64,000 nucleotides of DNA from Octopus bimaculoides (taxonomy: Eukaryota). The DNA is taken from positions 7,817,588-7,881,587 of the forward strand of contig NC_068992.1 in the NCBI RefSeq assembly GCF_001194135.2, in the 5' to 3' direction. Shown one piece after another: positions 14,879-24,152 of the stretch. Within the stretch, counting starts at the first letter, position 1. Every line of letters starts with the position of its first letter. A program made the position numbers and the translations under genes. The notes below the pieces were generated by a model. That model ran no database searches, was not told the origin of the DNA, and saw nothing but the letters and a program-made list of their open reading frames with translations.

Positions 14879-16309
14879 TTCTCATTTTTATATATATAGA
14901 TAAAAGTATATTCAATTATACATGTACTAGCTCAATTGAAACACTGCCTACAGCTGTTCTTCCTTTCGGCAGTTCAAGCTGGAGTTTAGGTAGGAAGTCA
15001 ACTTGAGTACTATCTATATATACCTATTGTCTGTCTCACTGTCCTGTTCTTGTTTACACTTTCACGCTCCGCAAAAATTTCCAAATTTAAATTAATTTGC
15101 TTGCGGGAAGGACTGCTCCAACGAAGTCACGTATTGTCCTTGCCTTCGAAACGCGGAGTAGATGGAACAGGGACAACTGAAGAAGGGTAATTTTCTTTAT
15201 GTTGCATGTCTCGTTTCTCTGTTAGTTTTTTTCGTTGTTCGGAAAAAAAAAAGTTCGTTTGCTGTTTTCGTCTTTATGTTTTCGTTTCTCATGATGTCCT
15301 GTACCCATATATGCATGTGTGTATACATATAGATGTCGGTATGTACATATATGTATGGATATATGCATNNNNNNNNNNATATATATATATATAATTATTA
15401 TTTTTATTATTAAGAAGGCACTGAACTGGCAGAATTGTTAGCATGTTGGGTGAAATGCTTAACAGTATTTTGTCTGCAGCTACATTCTGTGTTCAAATTC
15501 CACCAAGGTTGACATTATCTCTTATTCTCTCTCTAGAGCGACAAAATAGGTACCAATTGGAAACTGGGATCAATGTAATTGACTTCCAAACTTGCTAGCC
15601 TTGTGCCAAAATTTGGAGCTGAACAACCACAGCAACAATATAAAATAAGTACAACACTGAAAAGTAAGTATGGTGGAGGAGGGGGTGCAGTTTTGTTGGA
15701 CTAAAACCCTTCTAGGTAGTGCTCCAGCATGACTACAGTCTAATGACTGAAATAAGTATAAGATAAAGCTGCACAAAAGGTGGTGGGGAGAAACAATATT
15801 TAGAGGAGCAAATTAATAAAGGATAAAATAATTACTTGAGTCGCTTTCTTCTGGTCATCTAAAACTAATTCAGCTGAAATTTCACAAATTGGTTTAGACT
15901 TTTGCTGGCATTCTTCAACAAACGTCTGTTGAGCTTGTTCATAACCGCCAAACTCGAGGTACTGCAATTATAGAATAACAGAAAATATCATGAAGTGTCG
16001 AGAGAAGAAATGTCATGGGTTTCATACATACATCAAGAGAGAGAGTACATCAAGAGAGAGAGTACAGTGAACTGACTCACATCCTCTAAATCAATCAGTG
16101 ACATAGTGATGTGTTGTAAAAGATTCTCCATCAGTGATTCTGAAAATGAATGTATAGGTGCAGCCGTGTAGTAAAAAGCTTGATTCCGAGTTCAGTTCCA
16201 CTGTATGGTACTTTGGGCAAGTGTCTCCTTCTATAGCCTCAGGCCAACCAAAGCTTTGTGGGTGGATTCAGTTGACAGAAACTGAAAGAAGTCCATCATG
16301 TGTGTGTGT

Positions 16310-16343
<34 letters not shown>

Positions 16344-17728
16344 ATGCNNNNNNNNNNNNNNNNNNNNNNNNNNNNNNNNNNNNNNNNNNNNNNNNNNNNN
16401 CCCCCCCCCCAGTACCACCATGTTTACATTCCTGTAACTTAGTGGTTTTGCAAAAGAGACTGACAGAATAAGTACCAGGCTTAATCAAAGTAAATTCTGA
16501 GGTCAATTCATTCAACTAAAAATTCCTGAAGGTAGTGCTCCAGCATGACCACAGTCTAATGACTGAAACAAGTAAAAAAACAGAAGATAAAAAGATACAC
16601 TCAGAAGTACGTATGGTATACAAGCACACACACATACATAAAGACTAATGAAACACATGCATTTGTCTGATAAAGAGGCAGGCATACTCATTCCAGGGCT
16701 CAACGTCACTTTTATGGATGCAGAGGGGCTGGCATGGGACCACATGTGATGGAGAGCGCTGGTGAATTTGATCGGCTCAACAGATGATCTCTGGAACCAC
16801 TAACCTGAGATGGTCCCAGCCCCATCAAGTTAGAGCAGAAACAAAGCACTATATAGCTAAGCCCCTGCAAGTTATTAACAGAGTAGATACCTATATAAAT
16901 TCCAGTCTGATCTACAGATTGGATTTGGTTTCTACTTTAAAGCGAGTGTTACGTGTTCAAACATGCTTGAGACATATTCAAACCTATAAGAAAGCCGTTC
17001 ACTGTATTTTGTCACGGAGAACATTTTCACTGCAGACAGATAGGTGTAAACACACTGAATCAGCATGCAGTGTTCCCTAACCAGACAGGTTGATGCATGC
17101 ATTCCTCTTCAGTACCAGAAACCAAAGAGGCAGATATTGCAAACTAACAAGAGAGACAGGTCCTTTTTTATTATATTCCTGTCATCATACAATGACCGGT
17201 TGCAGTATTCAGCACTTTGTTGTAAATAAAACAAAGGGTGACAGTGTTATGCAGTAATGTGTATAAATACAAACTTATTACCAGATCAAATGTGTTTGAG
17301 GCATATTCGAACCCATAACAAAAAGACATTTACTGTATTTTGACAAGGAGAAAATTTCCTGCTGAAGACAGACAGGTATAAGCACACTGAGTCAGTTCAC
17401 AGCACCTACCACAAACACACACACACACACACACGCACACACACACACACATCATAATCATTTCACATCTGTTTCCATTCTGGCATGGGTTGGATGGTTT
17501 GACAGGATCCAGTGAGACACAGGACTGCATCAAGCTCCACTGTCGAGTTTGGCATAGTTTCTACAGGTGAATGGCCTTTCTACATGTTGGTGTGTGTGTG
17601 TGCTTGTGTGCTTGTGTGTGTGTGTGTATGTGCATTTGGAAAAACATGACAACACTTACCTCTTTCACAATAGCATTTAACTCTCCTTCAAATGCAACGA
17701 CAGGCCAAGGCCTCACAGAACCAGACAT
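182..17728 (-). CDS. ARMC9: LisH domain-containing protein ARMC9 (ciliary, armadillo repeat); 16 coding exons, 3' end continues beyond window start
   Basis: Exons 17660-17728, 15836-15961, 13180-13350, 12163-12309, 10607-10696, 9603-9627, 8329-8420, 6532-6606, 6020-6138, 4782-4893, 4162-4260, 3854-3944, 2689-2812, 1690-1829, 974-1056, 182-256 all have AG/GT boundaries and join into 546 open codons. Motifs [73 protein letters not shown] and [11 protein letters not shown] match recalled vertebrate ARMC9. Confidence 0.95.
974..1056 (-). CDS. ARMC9: ARMC9 exon 15 ([28 protein letters not shown])
   Basis: 83 bp, tttaag / gtaact. Confidence 0.92.
1115..1325 (-). mobile_element. Retroposon 3' tail (GGTTAGCGTTAGGAAGGGCATCCAGCTGTAGAAAC...AACAA(TGA)n)
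   Basis: The same tail recurs at ~17450-17590 and 30535-30680, and in forward orientation at ~5200-5370 and 7850-8030; ends in (TGA)n. Confidence 0.6.
1361..1516 (+). repeat. ~50-bp purine/G-rich tandem repeat, ~3 units
   Basis: AACATTCCAGAGAGGG(T/G)GATTTG recurs at 1360, 1410 and 1494. Confidence 0.75.
1690..1829 (-). CDS. ARMC9: ARMC9 exon 14 ([16 protein letters not shown]...[21 protein letters not shown])
   Basis: 140 bp, catcag / gtaaga; visible in ORF 1598..1813. Confidence 0.94.
2305..2395. repeat. (TG)n microsatellite, representative of dozens of (TG)n, (TA)n, (GA)n, (TAA)n, (GAT)n and (TCTA)n tracts
   Basis: Seen directly; many tracts flank the N gaps. Confidence 0.95.
2689..2812 (-). 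CDS. ARMC9: ARMC9 exon 13 ([10 protein letters not shown]...[11 protein letters not shown])
   Basis: 124 bp, tttcag / gtgagt. Confidence 0.93.
3854..3944 (-). CDS. ARMC9: ARMC9 exon 12 ([31 protein letters not shown])
   Basis: 91 bp, ttttag / gtgagt. Confidence 0.9.
4162..4260 (-). CDS. ARMC9: ARMC9 exon 11 ([25 protein letters not shown]...YK)
   Basis: 99 bp, ttgcag / gtgagt. Confidence 0.9.
4782..4893 (-). CDS. ARMC9: ARMC9 exon 10 ([21 protein letters not shown]...LLLQALRW)
   Basis: 112 bp, ttgcag / gtgagt. Confidence 0.92.
6020..6138 (-). CDS. ARMC9: ARMC9 exon 9 ([14 protein letters not shown]...[17 protein letters not shown])
   Basis: 119 bp, cttcag / gtaagg. Confidence 0.92.
6213..6371 (+). 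repeat. 32-bp minisatellite, ~5 degenerate units
   Basis: TATG(A/G)AG(T/A)CACTTGAGTCAAC...GAG repeats with a 32-bp period. Confidence 0.8.
6532..6606 (-). CDS. ARMC9: ARMC9 exon 8 ([25 protein letters not shown])
   Basis: 75 bp, tttcag / gtaagt. Confidence 0.92.
8329..8420 (-). CDS. ARMC9: ARMC9 exon 7 ([31 protein letters not shown]; coiled coil)
   Basis: 92 bp, tttcag / gtacat. Confidence 0.87.
9603..9627 (-). CDS. ARMC9: ARMC9 exon 6, 25-bp microexon (RGSPAQTE+G)
   Basis: gtttag AGAGGATCACCTGCTCAAACTGAAG gtatgt; supplies the phase 0 to 1 shift needed between exons 5 and 7. Confidence 0.75.
10607..10696 (-). CDS. ARMC9: ARMC9 exon 5 ([30 protein letters not shown])
   Basis: 90 bp, ccacag / gtatct; visible in ORF 10457..10756. 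Confidence 0.88.
12163..12309 (-). CDS. ARMC9: ARMC9 exon 4 ([49 protein letters not shown])
   Basis: 147 bp, ttttag / gtaagg. Confidence 0.93.
13180..13350 (-). CDS. ARMC9: ARMC9 exon 3 ([10 protein letters not shown]...[24 protein letters not shown])
   Basis: 171 bp, ttgcag / gtatga; visible in ORF 13174..13389. Confidence 0.92.
13402..14900 (-). mobile_element. Helitron (non-autonomous/composite) in ARMC9 intron 2 with a frameshifted PIF1-helicase C-terminal remnant
   Basis: On the minus strand: 5' A|TCTATATATATAAAAATGAGAATG(TCTG)n at 14900, 3' hairpin CCCGG-GCAACG-CCGGG then CTAG|T at 13402. 13776-13612 encodes [52 protein letters not shown]. An 820-N gap lies inside. Confidence 0.85.
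14917..15368 (+). mobile_element. Interspersed repeat, Penelope-like terminal region (family shared with 42880-43140)
   Basis: Homologous to the reverse complement of 42880-43140 ([17 protein letters not shown] vs DVLYPDMHLYIHVDVGM pseudo-translations); carries GAAACGCG and CTGAAGA boxes. Confidence 0.45.
15836..15961 (-). CDS. ARMC9: ARMC9 exon 2 ([18 protein letters not shown]...KKATQ; LisH region)
   Basis: 126 bp, phase 0/0, ttgcag / gtaatt. Confidence 0.9.
16155..16590 (+). mobile_element. tRNA-derived SINE family A copy
   Basis: Head, core, (TG)n and tail present; small N gap inside. Confidence 0.75.
17660..17728 (-). CDS. ARMC9: ARMC9 coding exon 1 ([23 protein letters not shown])
   Basis: ATG at 17728; acceptor tttcag ends at 17732, so an upstream UTR exon is implied; donor gtaagt. 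Confidence 0.85.
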
Positions 17729-17743
17729 AACCTGAAATATACA

Positions 17744-17776
<33 letters not shown>

Positions 17777-18194
17777 TCCATATAAATTCCATATTTTGTC
17801 ATTTTGTCCTTTTGCTGAATTCCTTCCAACCACTTGAAGTTTAGCTCTGATGTAGTTTAATGAATGTGATTTTCATCATTAAATGCAAAACTACATCAGA
17901 ACAATAAATTTGAAAATAATCTAGTGAAAATTTGAAAAACTTCAAAAAGTTGGAAGAAATTTAACAAGATCTGCTTATTGCTTATTTCTATTTTGATGCA
18001 TATATTTACACATTTACAAGATTGTTTTATGTTAAAAATTTGGATTATACCTTCAATTTTGTTCTATACTTAAAAGTTGCTAAAAGCCAATCACTTGAAA
18101 CTCTTATATGTAGAAAATTTGGACACTGTCTCTGATTTTGTTCCACAGTTAAGGTGTTGTAAAGCATAAACACATAGTTTAAGTGATCAAACAA

Positions 18195-18231
<37 letters not shown>

Positions 18232-19440
18232 TGTCAAAACTAACATCTGTCCATTTACAACAGAGCCCAATGTTGTTTCTGTTGGTGAGTCTTTCCCTTT
18301 CAACTGTCCAGTCTGTCTGACTTTAAGCAGTTCTTGTTAATGCTCTATAAAGATAATAAGTTTGTTGATTGTTTCATTAATTATTTCTAAATACAATTAA
18401 TTGCTAATTAAATAAATAGAACACTGCAGATTAGCCTAATTCATAACAACCAGTGAATTATTAATTAATTTTCAAAACATGTGTATTCTTCTGTAATTCT
18501 AAATTTCGTTTTCTTTTTGTTCCTATTTTGGCATAATATACCAGCCTAAAAAGAATGGTGAACTGACAGAAATGGTTGAGACCACGTGGTTTCAAATCCT
18601 ACAGGCACTGATTTTTCTTTCATCCTTCTCAAGTTAATAAAATTAAGTTCCAACGAAGAACTGAGTTTGAGCTTAATTGAATACGCCCTTACCAAAAATT
18701 ACAGAGCTTGTGTATATACTAGTGTAGTGAGGCTTCAGTTGAGTTTTGAACCATTACTCTCAACTCTGCCCTGCTCAGGGCCATGACATTCCATCATTAA
18801 AGGCAACATGTTGTTATAAGAGGCATTGATGCCTATACAACTATGGTCCAACCAATTACAATTGCTACTTGTTATGGCTGATTCAGTGAACTTAAAAGGA
18901 AGTGAGAAAGTTTTCCCATCAAATCATCAAATAGCTTGACCAAAAGTTCTAGACACTTTTACTTACAGTTATAAAAAGTTAGCCAATTCAACCTCAGATA
19001 GAGCCATCCAGAACCTGCACTGAATTATGTCACTGTATGTGATGGTCCCGTACCCTCTTCCGCTTTTCATTACTTAAAATCTTTGTCATGTTTGACAAAA
19101 GAGGTTGGCTTTGGGTTGTAATGTCAAATATGCACTCACTGTTCCTTTAAATTAAAAATATGTTACACATGTAAATATAATTGATGTGTGTTAATAGGAA
19201 TATATGAAAATTCAAATAGTAGTGTGACCATTCTTGACTTCACATGGAGCCACCTAATATTGTGTACTACTAACAAAGGATTAATGATTAACGCCCTCCT
19301 AAACTAGAAACCAATATACTACCCCTTACAAACTTTGCTGGATGATGAATGCAAGTTTATATACATATGGGTATGTGTGTGGTGTACATTCATACATATG
19401 TAGATGTGTGTATTTTTTTCTATTTTAATATCCACTTTCA

Positions 19441-19498
<58 letters not shown>

Positions 19499-20852
19499 NN
19501 NNNNNNNNNNNNNNNNNNNNNNNNNNNNNNNNNNNNNNNNNNNNNNNNNNNNNNNNNNNNNNNNNNNNNNNNNNNNNNNNNNNNNNNNNNNNNNNNNNNN
19601 NNNNNNNNNNNNNNNNNNNNNNNNNNNNNNNNNNNNNNNNNNNNNNNNNNNNNNNNNNNNNNNNNNNNNNNNNNNNNNNNNNNNNNNNNNNNNNNNNNNN
19701 NNNNNNNNNNNNNNNNNNNNNNNNNNNNNNNNNNNNNNNNNNNNNNNNNNNNNNNNNNNNNNNNNNNNNNNNNNNNNNNNNNNNNNNNNNNNNNNNNNNN
19801 NNNNNNNNNNNNNNNNNNNNNNNNNNNNNNNNNNNNNNNNNNNNNNNNNNNNNNNNNNNNNNNNNNNNNNNNNNNNNNNNNNNNNNNNNNNNNNNNNNNN
19901 NNNNNNNNNNNNNNNNNNNNNNNNNNNNNNNNNNNNNNNNNNNNNNNNNNNNNNNNNNNNNNNNNNNNNNNNNNNNNNNNNNNNNNNNNNNNNNNNNNNN
20001 NNNNNNNNNNNNNNNNNNNNNNNNNNNNNNNNNNNNNNNNNNNNNNNNNNNNNNNNNNNNNNNNNNNNNNNNNNNNNNNNNNNNNNNNNNNNNNNNNNNN
20101 NNNNNNNNNNNNNNNNNNNNNNNNNNNNNNNNNNNNNNNNNNNNNNNNNNNNNNNNNNNNNNNNNNNNNNNNNNNNNNNNNNNNNNNNNNNNNNNNNNNN
20201 NNNNNNNNNNNNNNNNNNNNNNNNNNNNNNNNNNNNNNNNNNNNNNNNNNNNNNNNNNNNNNNNNNNNNNNNNNNNNNNNNNNNNNNNNNNNNNNNNNNN
20301 NNNNNNNNNNNNNNNNNNNNNNNNNNNNNNNNNNNNNNNNNNNNNNNNNNNNNNNNNNNNNNNNNNNNNNNNNNNNNNNNNNNNNNNNNNNNNNATATAT
20401 ATATATATATATATATATAAGTAAAAGGGGAGAGAGAGAGAGAGAGAGAACACAGCTAGTATTTCTCTTTATCATTGTTCGAAGTTGCTTGTTTTCACTC
20501 ATCGACTGTGCGAACGTTTAAAAACTGACAACTCCGAGTGATGGCAACACAGATGAGGAGAAAACAACCACGAACCATAACTTATACGCTTTGAGTACTT
20601 TTTCTCTCATTTGTGAAAATAAACCTCATTCCATAAACACACACACACAAAGTGTATATAAGTAATAAATACACACACAAAGTGTATATAAGTAATAAAT
20701 TTAAAACAAATTGAAGCTGACTACTAAAATGAAAATAATAATAATAATTTCAAAATGGGTATCAAAAGAAATTGTTTTGTTATTTTAGAATTTTTAAAAG
20801 AAAATTTCCGCAATTAACGCGAACATATCTAGAGTTATGTGCCCTCGATAAG

Positions 20853-20866
20853 GTTACCATAACAAC
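20853..20866. promoter_or_regulatory. Candidate RFX X-box (GTTACCATAACAAC / GTTGTTATGGTAAC) upstream of ARMC9
   Basis: The reverse strand fits the X-box consensus RYYNYY-WW-RRNRAC. It lies 5' of a ciliary gene in non-repeat sequence; the TSS is not located. Confidence 0.5.
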
Positions 20867-22480
20867 GAAGTAAACAAAAATATTTCTTTAGTTTTAAAGT
20901 CATTTCGCTCTAGAGTTCAGAATTAATCCCGCCACAAGGATTTAATGCAAGCTTAAATGATATTTTTTTTGTTTTTGTTGACCGTTATTTTATTGATTAT
21001 TGAGATATATTGTGCTTTGCAAGCGATATGATTTGCAGTCATGTGTAGGAACTATGATGCTCACACCGTGTGAGACTTGAAACACACTCGTACACACACG
21101 AAAAGCCTGAGCTAAGATTATTTTTCTTTAATAACGATGCTTATTATAGGATATCAAAATTTGTCACTGACCATGTATGACTAAATCACTAGACATCTTT
21201 TTACTCCACTTATATCGTCACATAATATATTTCCACATTTTCTGCTAAGAGTTGCGTCCCTTAGATTATATTTATCTCATTCTTTAACTTAACTATTTTG
21301 ATATCAACCCGCCCAAAACTTCCTGTTTTAAAATGATCCAAGTTAAAGACTTAATGAGGACAAAATTATTTCATTAGATTTTCCAAACTGTGCCTATGTT
21401 TAAAAATCAATACTCTTAGAGTGTCAGATTGCCGGAGCATCGAACAAAACGATTTGTAGTATTTAGTTACACTCGATTTCAAATCCTACAAAGGCTAGTT
21501 TAGCCTTTTTCCTTCCAGGAGTCGATAAAGTAAACATTAGTCAAGTTCTAAGCCCAATTTTATCGACTACAGCTCTTTCTAAAAAGTGAGTGACCTTATC
21601 CTCATTTTAGGAGTCTTATGTAAGAAAGTTTACAAACTTAAAACATTAGGATTGTTAATCATCGCTTCTGAATAACTTTAATCAAATTCATTCAATTTTG
21701 AAATATTTACATAATAAAAATATCGTTTTTAATTAATTTCGGATTTTTAAAGTTAGAAATTATAGTAAAACACAGCACTAATAAATGTTATTGGTTTCTC
21801 GAGAATTTTCACTTTCTTAAATGTATTTTTAAAGACAAATCAATGTTTCAAAATCTAATATTATCATTAAAAAGAAATAATGGTAATAGTACCTAAACAA
21901 ATTATCTTTCAATGAAAATGTTCAAATAAACTGATTGCTAAAAAAAAAAAAAAAAAAAAAAAAAATATGTACTGTGTTCTTACCATTTCAGCTGCCTAAA
22001 TCATGTTCACTCTACTTCACATCCAGGGATTCCACTATACACCATAAATATTAATCAATAGTGGCAAAATTATTCCTAAACTCTTAGTATCGACGAGAAC
22101 AATTTCAACGGCGACTGAACAAATCTATGATATAAGGCATTCCAGCCATGACCACCAGGACATAATCTGATACGTTCTTCCTTCTTTAAAATTAAAAAAA
22201 AAAAAAAAAGGGCGTCTTGGAGGAGAAAATTTGATTTAATACAACAGAACACAAAAATGCTGCATGATGAGAGATATAGAATCGTCGAATGGTTTCAAAT
22301 TTTGGCACAAAGTCAGCAATTTTCGGGGTTGAAGTGAGTTGATTACATCGACTCCAGTGTTCAACTGCTACGTATTTTATCGACCTCGAAAGGAGGAAAG
22401 GCATAGTCGACATCGGCAGAATTTGAATTCAAACGTCTTCAAGACGGGCGAAATACTTCGCGTGCTAACGATTCTGTCAG

Positions 22481-24152
22481 GGTTTCTTTATTTCCCATAA
22501 AGGGTATACACAGAAATTGGCACAACACATGTGGAGACATAAAAAAACATAAGACAGACAAATAAATAGATATAAAAATTAAAATTAAAAACGTATGATG
22601 TACATGCATGATAACAATGAAATGAATATGAAAATGAACTACTTGCCCCACCAAGCAGTCTCATTTCTTCCTTTTACCATTTATAAGGTGTGTCCCTTAA
22701 TATATCCCCTCAATGCTCCTTTATTAAGTCTTTGTACTTCGAACTATCTGGTAACTTTTTCATGTTCGCGTACAATCTCCAATATAGGACTCCTTTTTTT
22801 ATATTTGGATATCACATCCTTTTGGCTTTGAGCCACCATTACACACAATTGCAAGCCTATAATATTTATGAATTCCTCCATGTTCACAAATTTTGCCTTT
22901 TACCACCGCCTAACCTCACAAATCAAATCCTCTTCTGCCTCTTCTGTCAACAAACAAACATAATAATTCTCACGCGGAGGGAGCTTTTGTAAATCCTGTA
23001 ATGTCTGCTTTCTTTTTTCTTTTTGTTTTGTAAAGTAGGGGGATGGGTGGGTTTGGTGTCTGCGGGTAAAGGGTGGGACTGAGTGGGTGTGGGTGAGGGT
23101 GGGGCAGTTTGGGGTTCCATCTCGTTCTGTCCTTTCTTTCTCTTTTTGCCAGCTACTGTCCATACTTCCTCCTTTCTCTGCGTTTCCTCCAATATCTCTT
23201 GTATTTTTTCTGGCCCCTTTTCCTCTTTTTCTGTTGCTTTCTGTGTAGTACAGTGTGCCCTAATGTGGCCCTTCTGGCCACATTTAAAACAACGAGGGAC
23301 TCTTCCCTCCACCCACACTCTTAGAATCCGATCGACACCGTTTCTACGAGTCCTTCCAGCGTTTCTACTTCAGCTTGAACCAGTAGGTCTAGCGTCTTGC
23401 CTTTCCATTTTGTTCCTTCTATTTCTGTGGCCTGGATGACGTCTACCTCCTCCTTATTTCCGAGAAGGACCGCTGCCGGAACCCAAGCCACATCTATATT
23501 GGGCGGGATTTCTTCTACCCTAATCTTGGAAGTCTTTCTTCCAAGATAAGTGGGTAGAAGGATCACTTTATCTGCTCTTGCCGTAGTCACTGCCTGTTGC
23601 CTTGGCACTTCCTCTGTCCTAAAATGGACAATAGTTCCCTACGAATTTCCCCTTCCTAAATATTTTACCTCTTTCATTACCGAGCATAACGCCTTTTCAA
23701 TTTCCTCCTCCTTCGCATGTTCCAATCTTTCTTTTATCGAATATACCTTATACACCACGATCTTTTTTTCCATTTCCTCTATCTTCTTGGGTGTTGACAA
23801 CTTAACGTCACCACACTCTCTGTGCGCCATTTTACCGTCTTTGTCAATATTTGCTAAGTCTACCTCTCTTCTTTTTTCTTTTGTCACTCCTGCGAAGTTC
23901 TTTTTACCTAATACTTTGTCCATCTTATTCACCACCATTAATTAGTTCTCCCTCTGAAGAAGCCAACTCAGTGCCACTAAGGTCTGAGTAAAACATATTT
24001 CTTTTTGCCATTATCCTGGCTAACTCTCCTTAAAGCGAAGAGAAAGCACCTCCAGTAAAATCGCTGCAAAGCAGCGCAAAAACAATTTACAAAGTGTTAA
24101 AAAACACTGACACAAAATTACAACTGTAAAAATAACTTGCAAACACTCAACG
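22481..24152 (-). mobile_element. Degenerate Tx1/L1-like non-LTR element, ORF1 only (CCHC zinc knuckle), inserted in a SINE head
   Basis: Broken ORF1 from ATG ~24011 to 22947 has one in-frame stop and frameshifts and includes CFKCGQKGHIRAHC. AATAAA lies near the 3' end (22487-22492). A ~21-bp direct repeat flanks it (24153-24173 vs 22460-22480). Confidence 0.75.

Noticed and set aside
20634-20700. 30-bp direct duplication upstream of ARMC9 (similar short duplication at ~62297-62470)
   Set aside because: Microsatellite-associated slippage with no further structure; nothing supports a function.
23083-23945. Plus-strand ORFs 23083-23439 and 23550-23945
   Set aside because: Antisense shadows of the purine-rich retroelement ORF1 on the minus strand.
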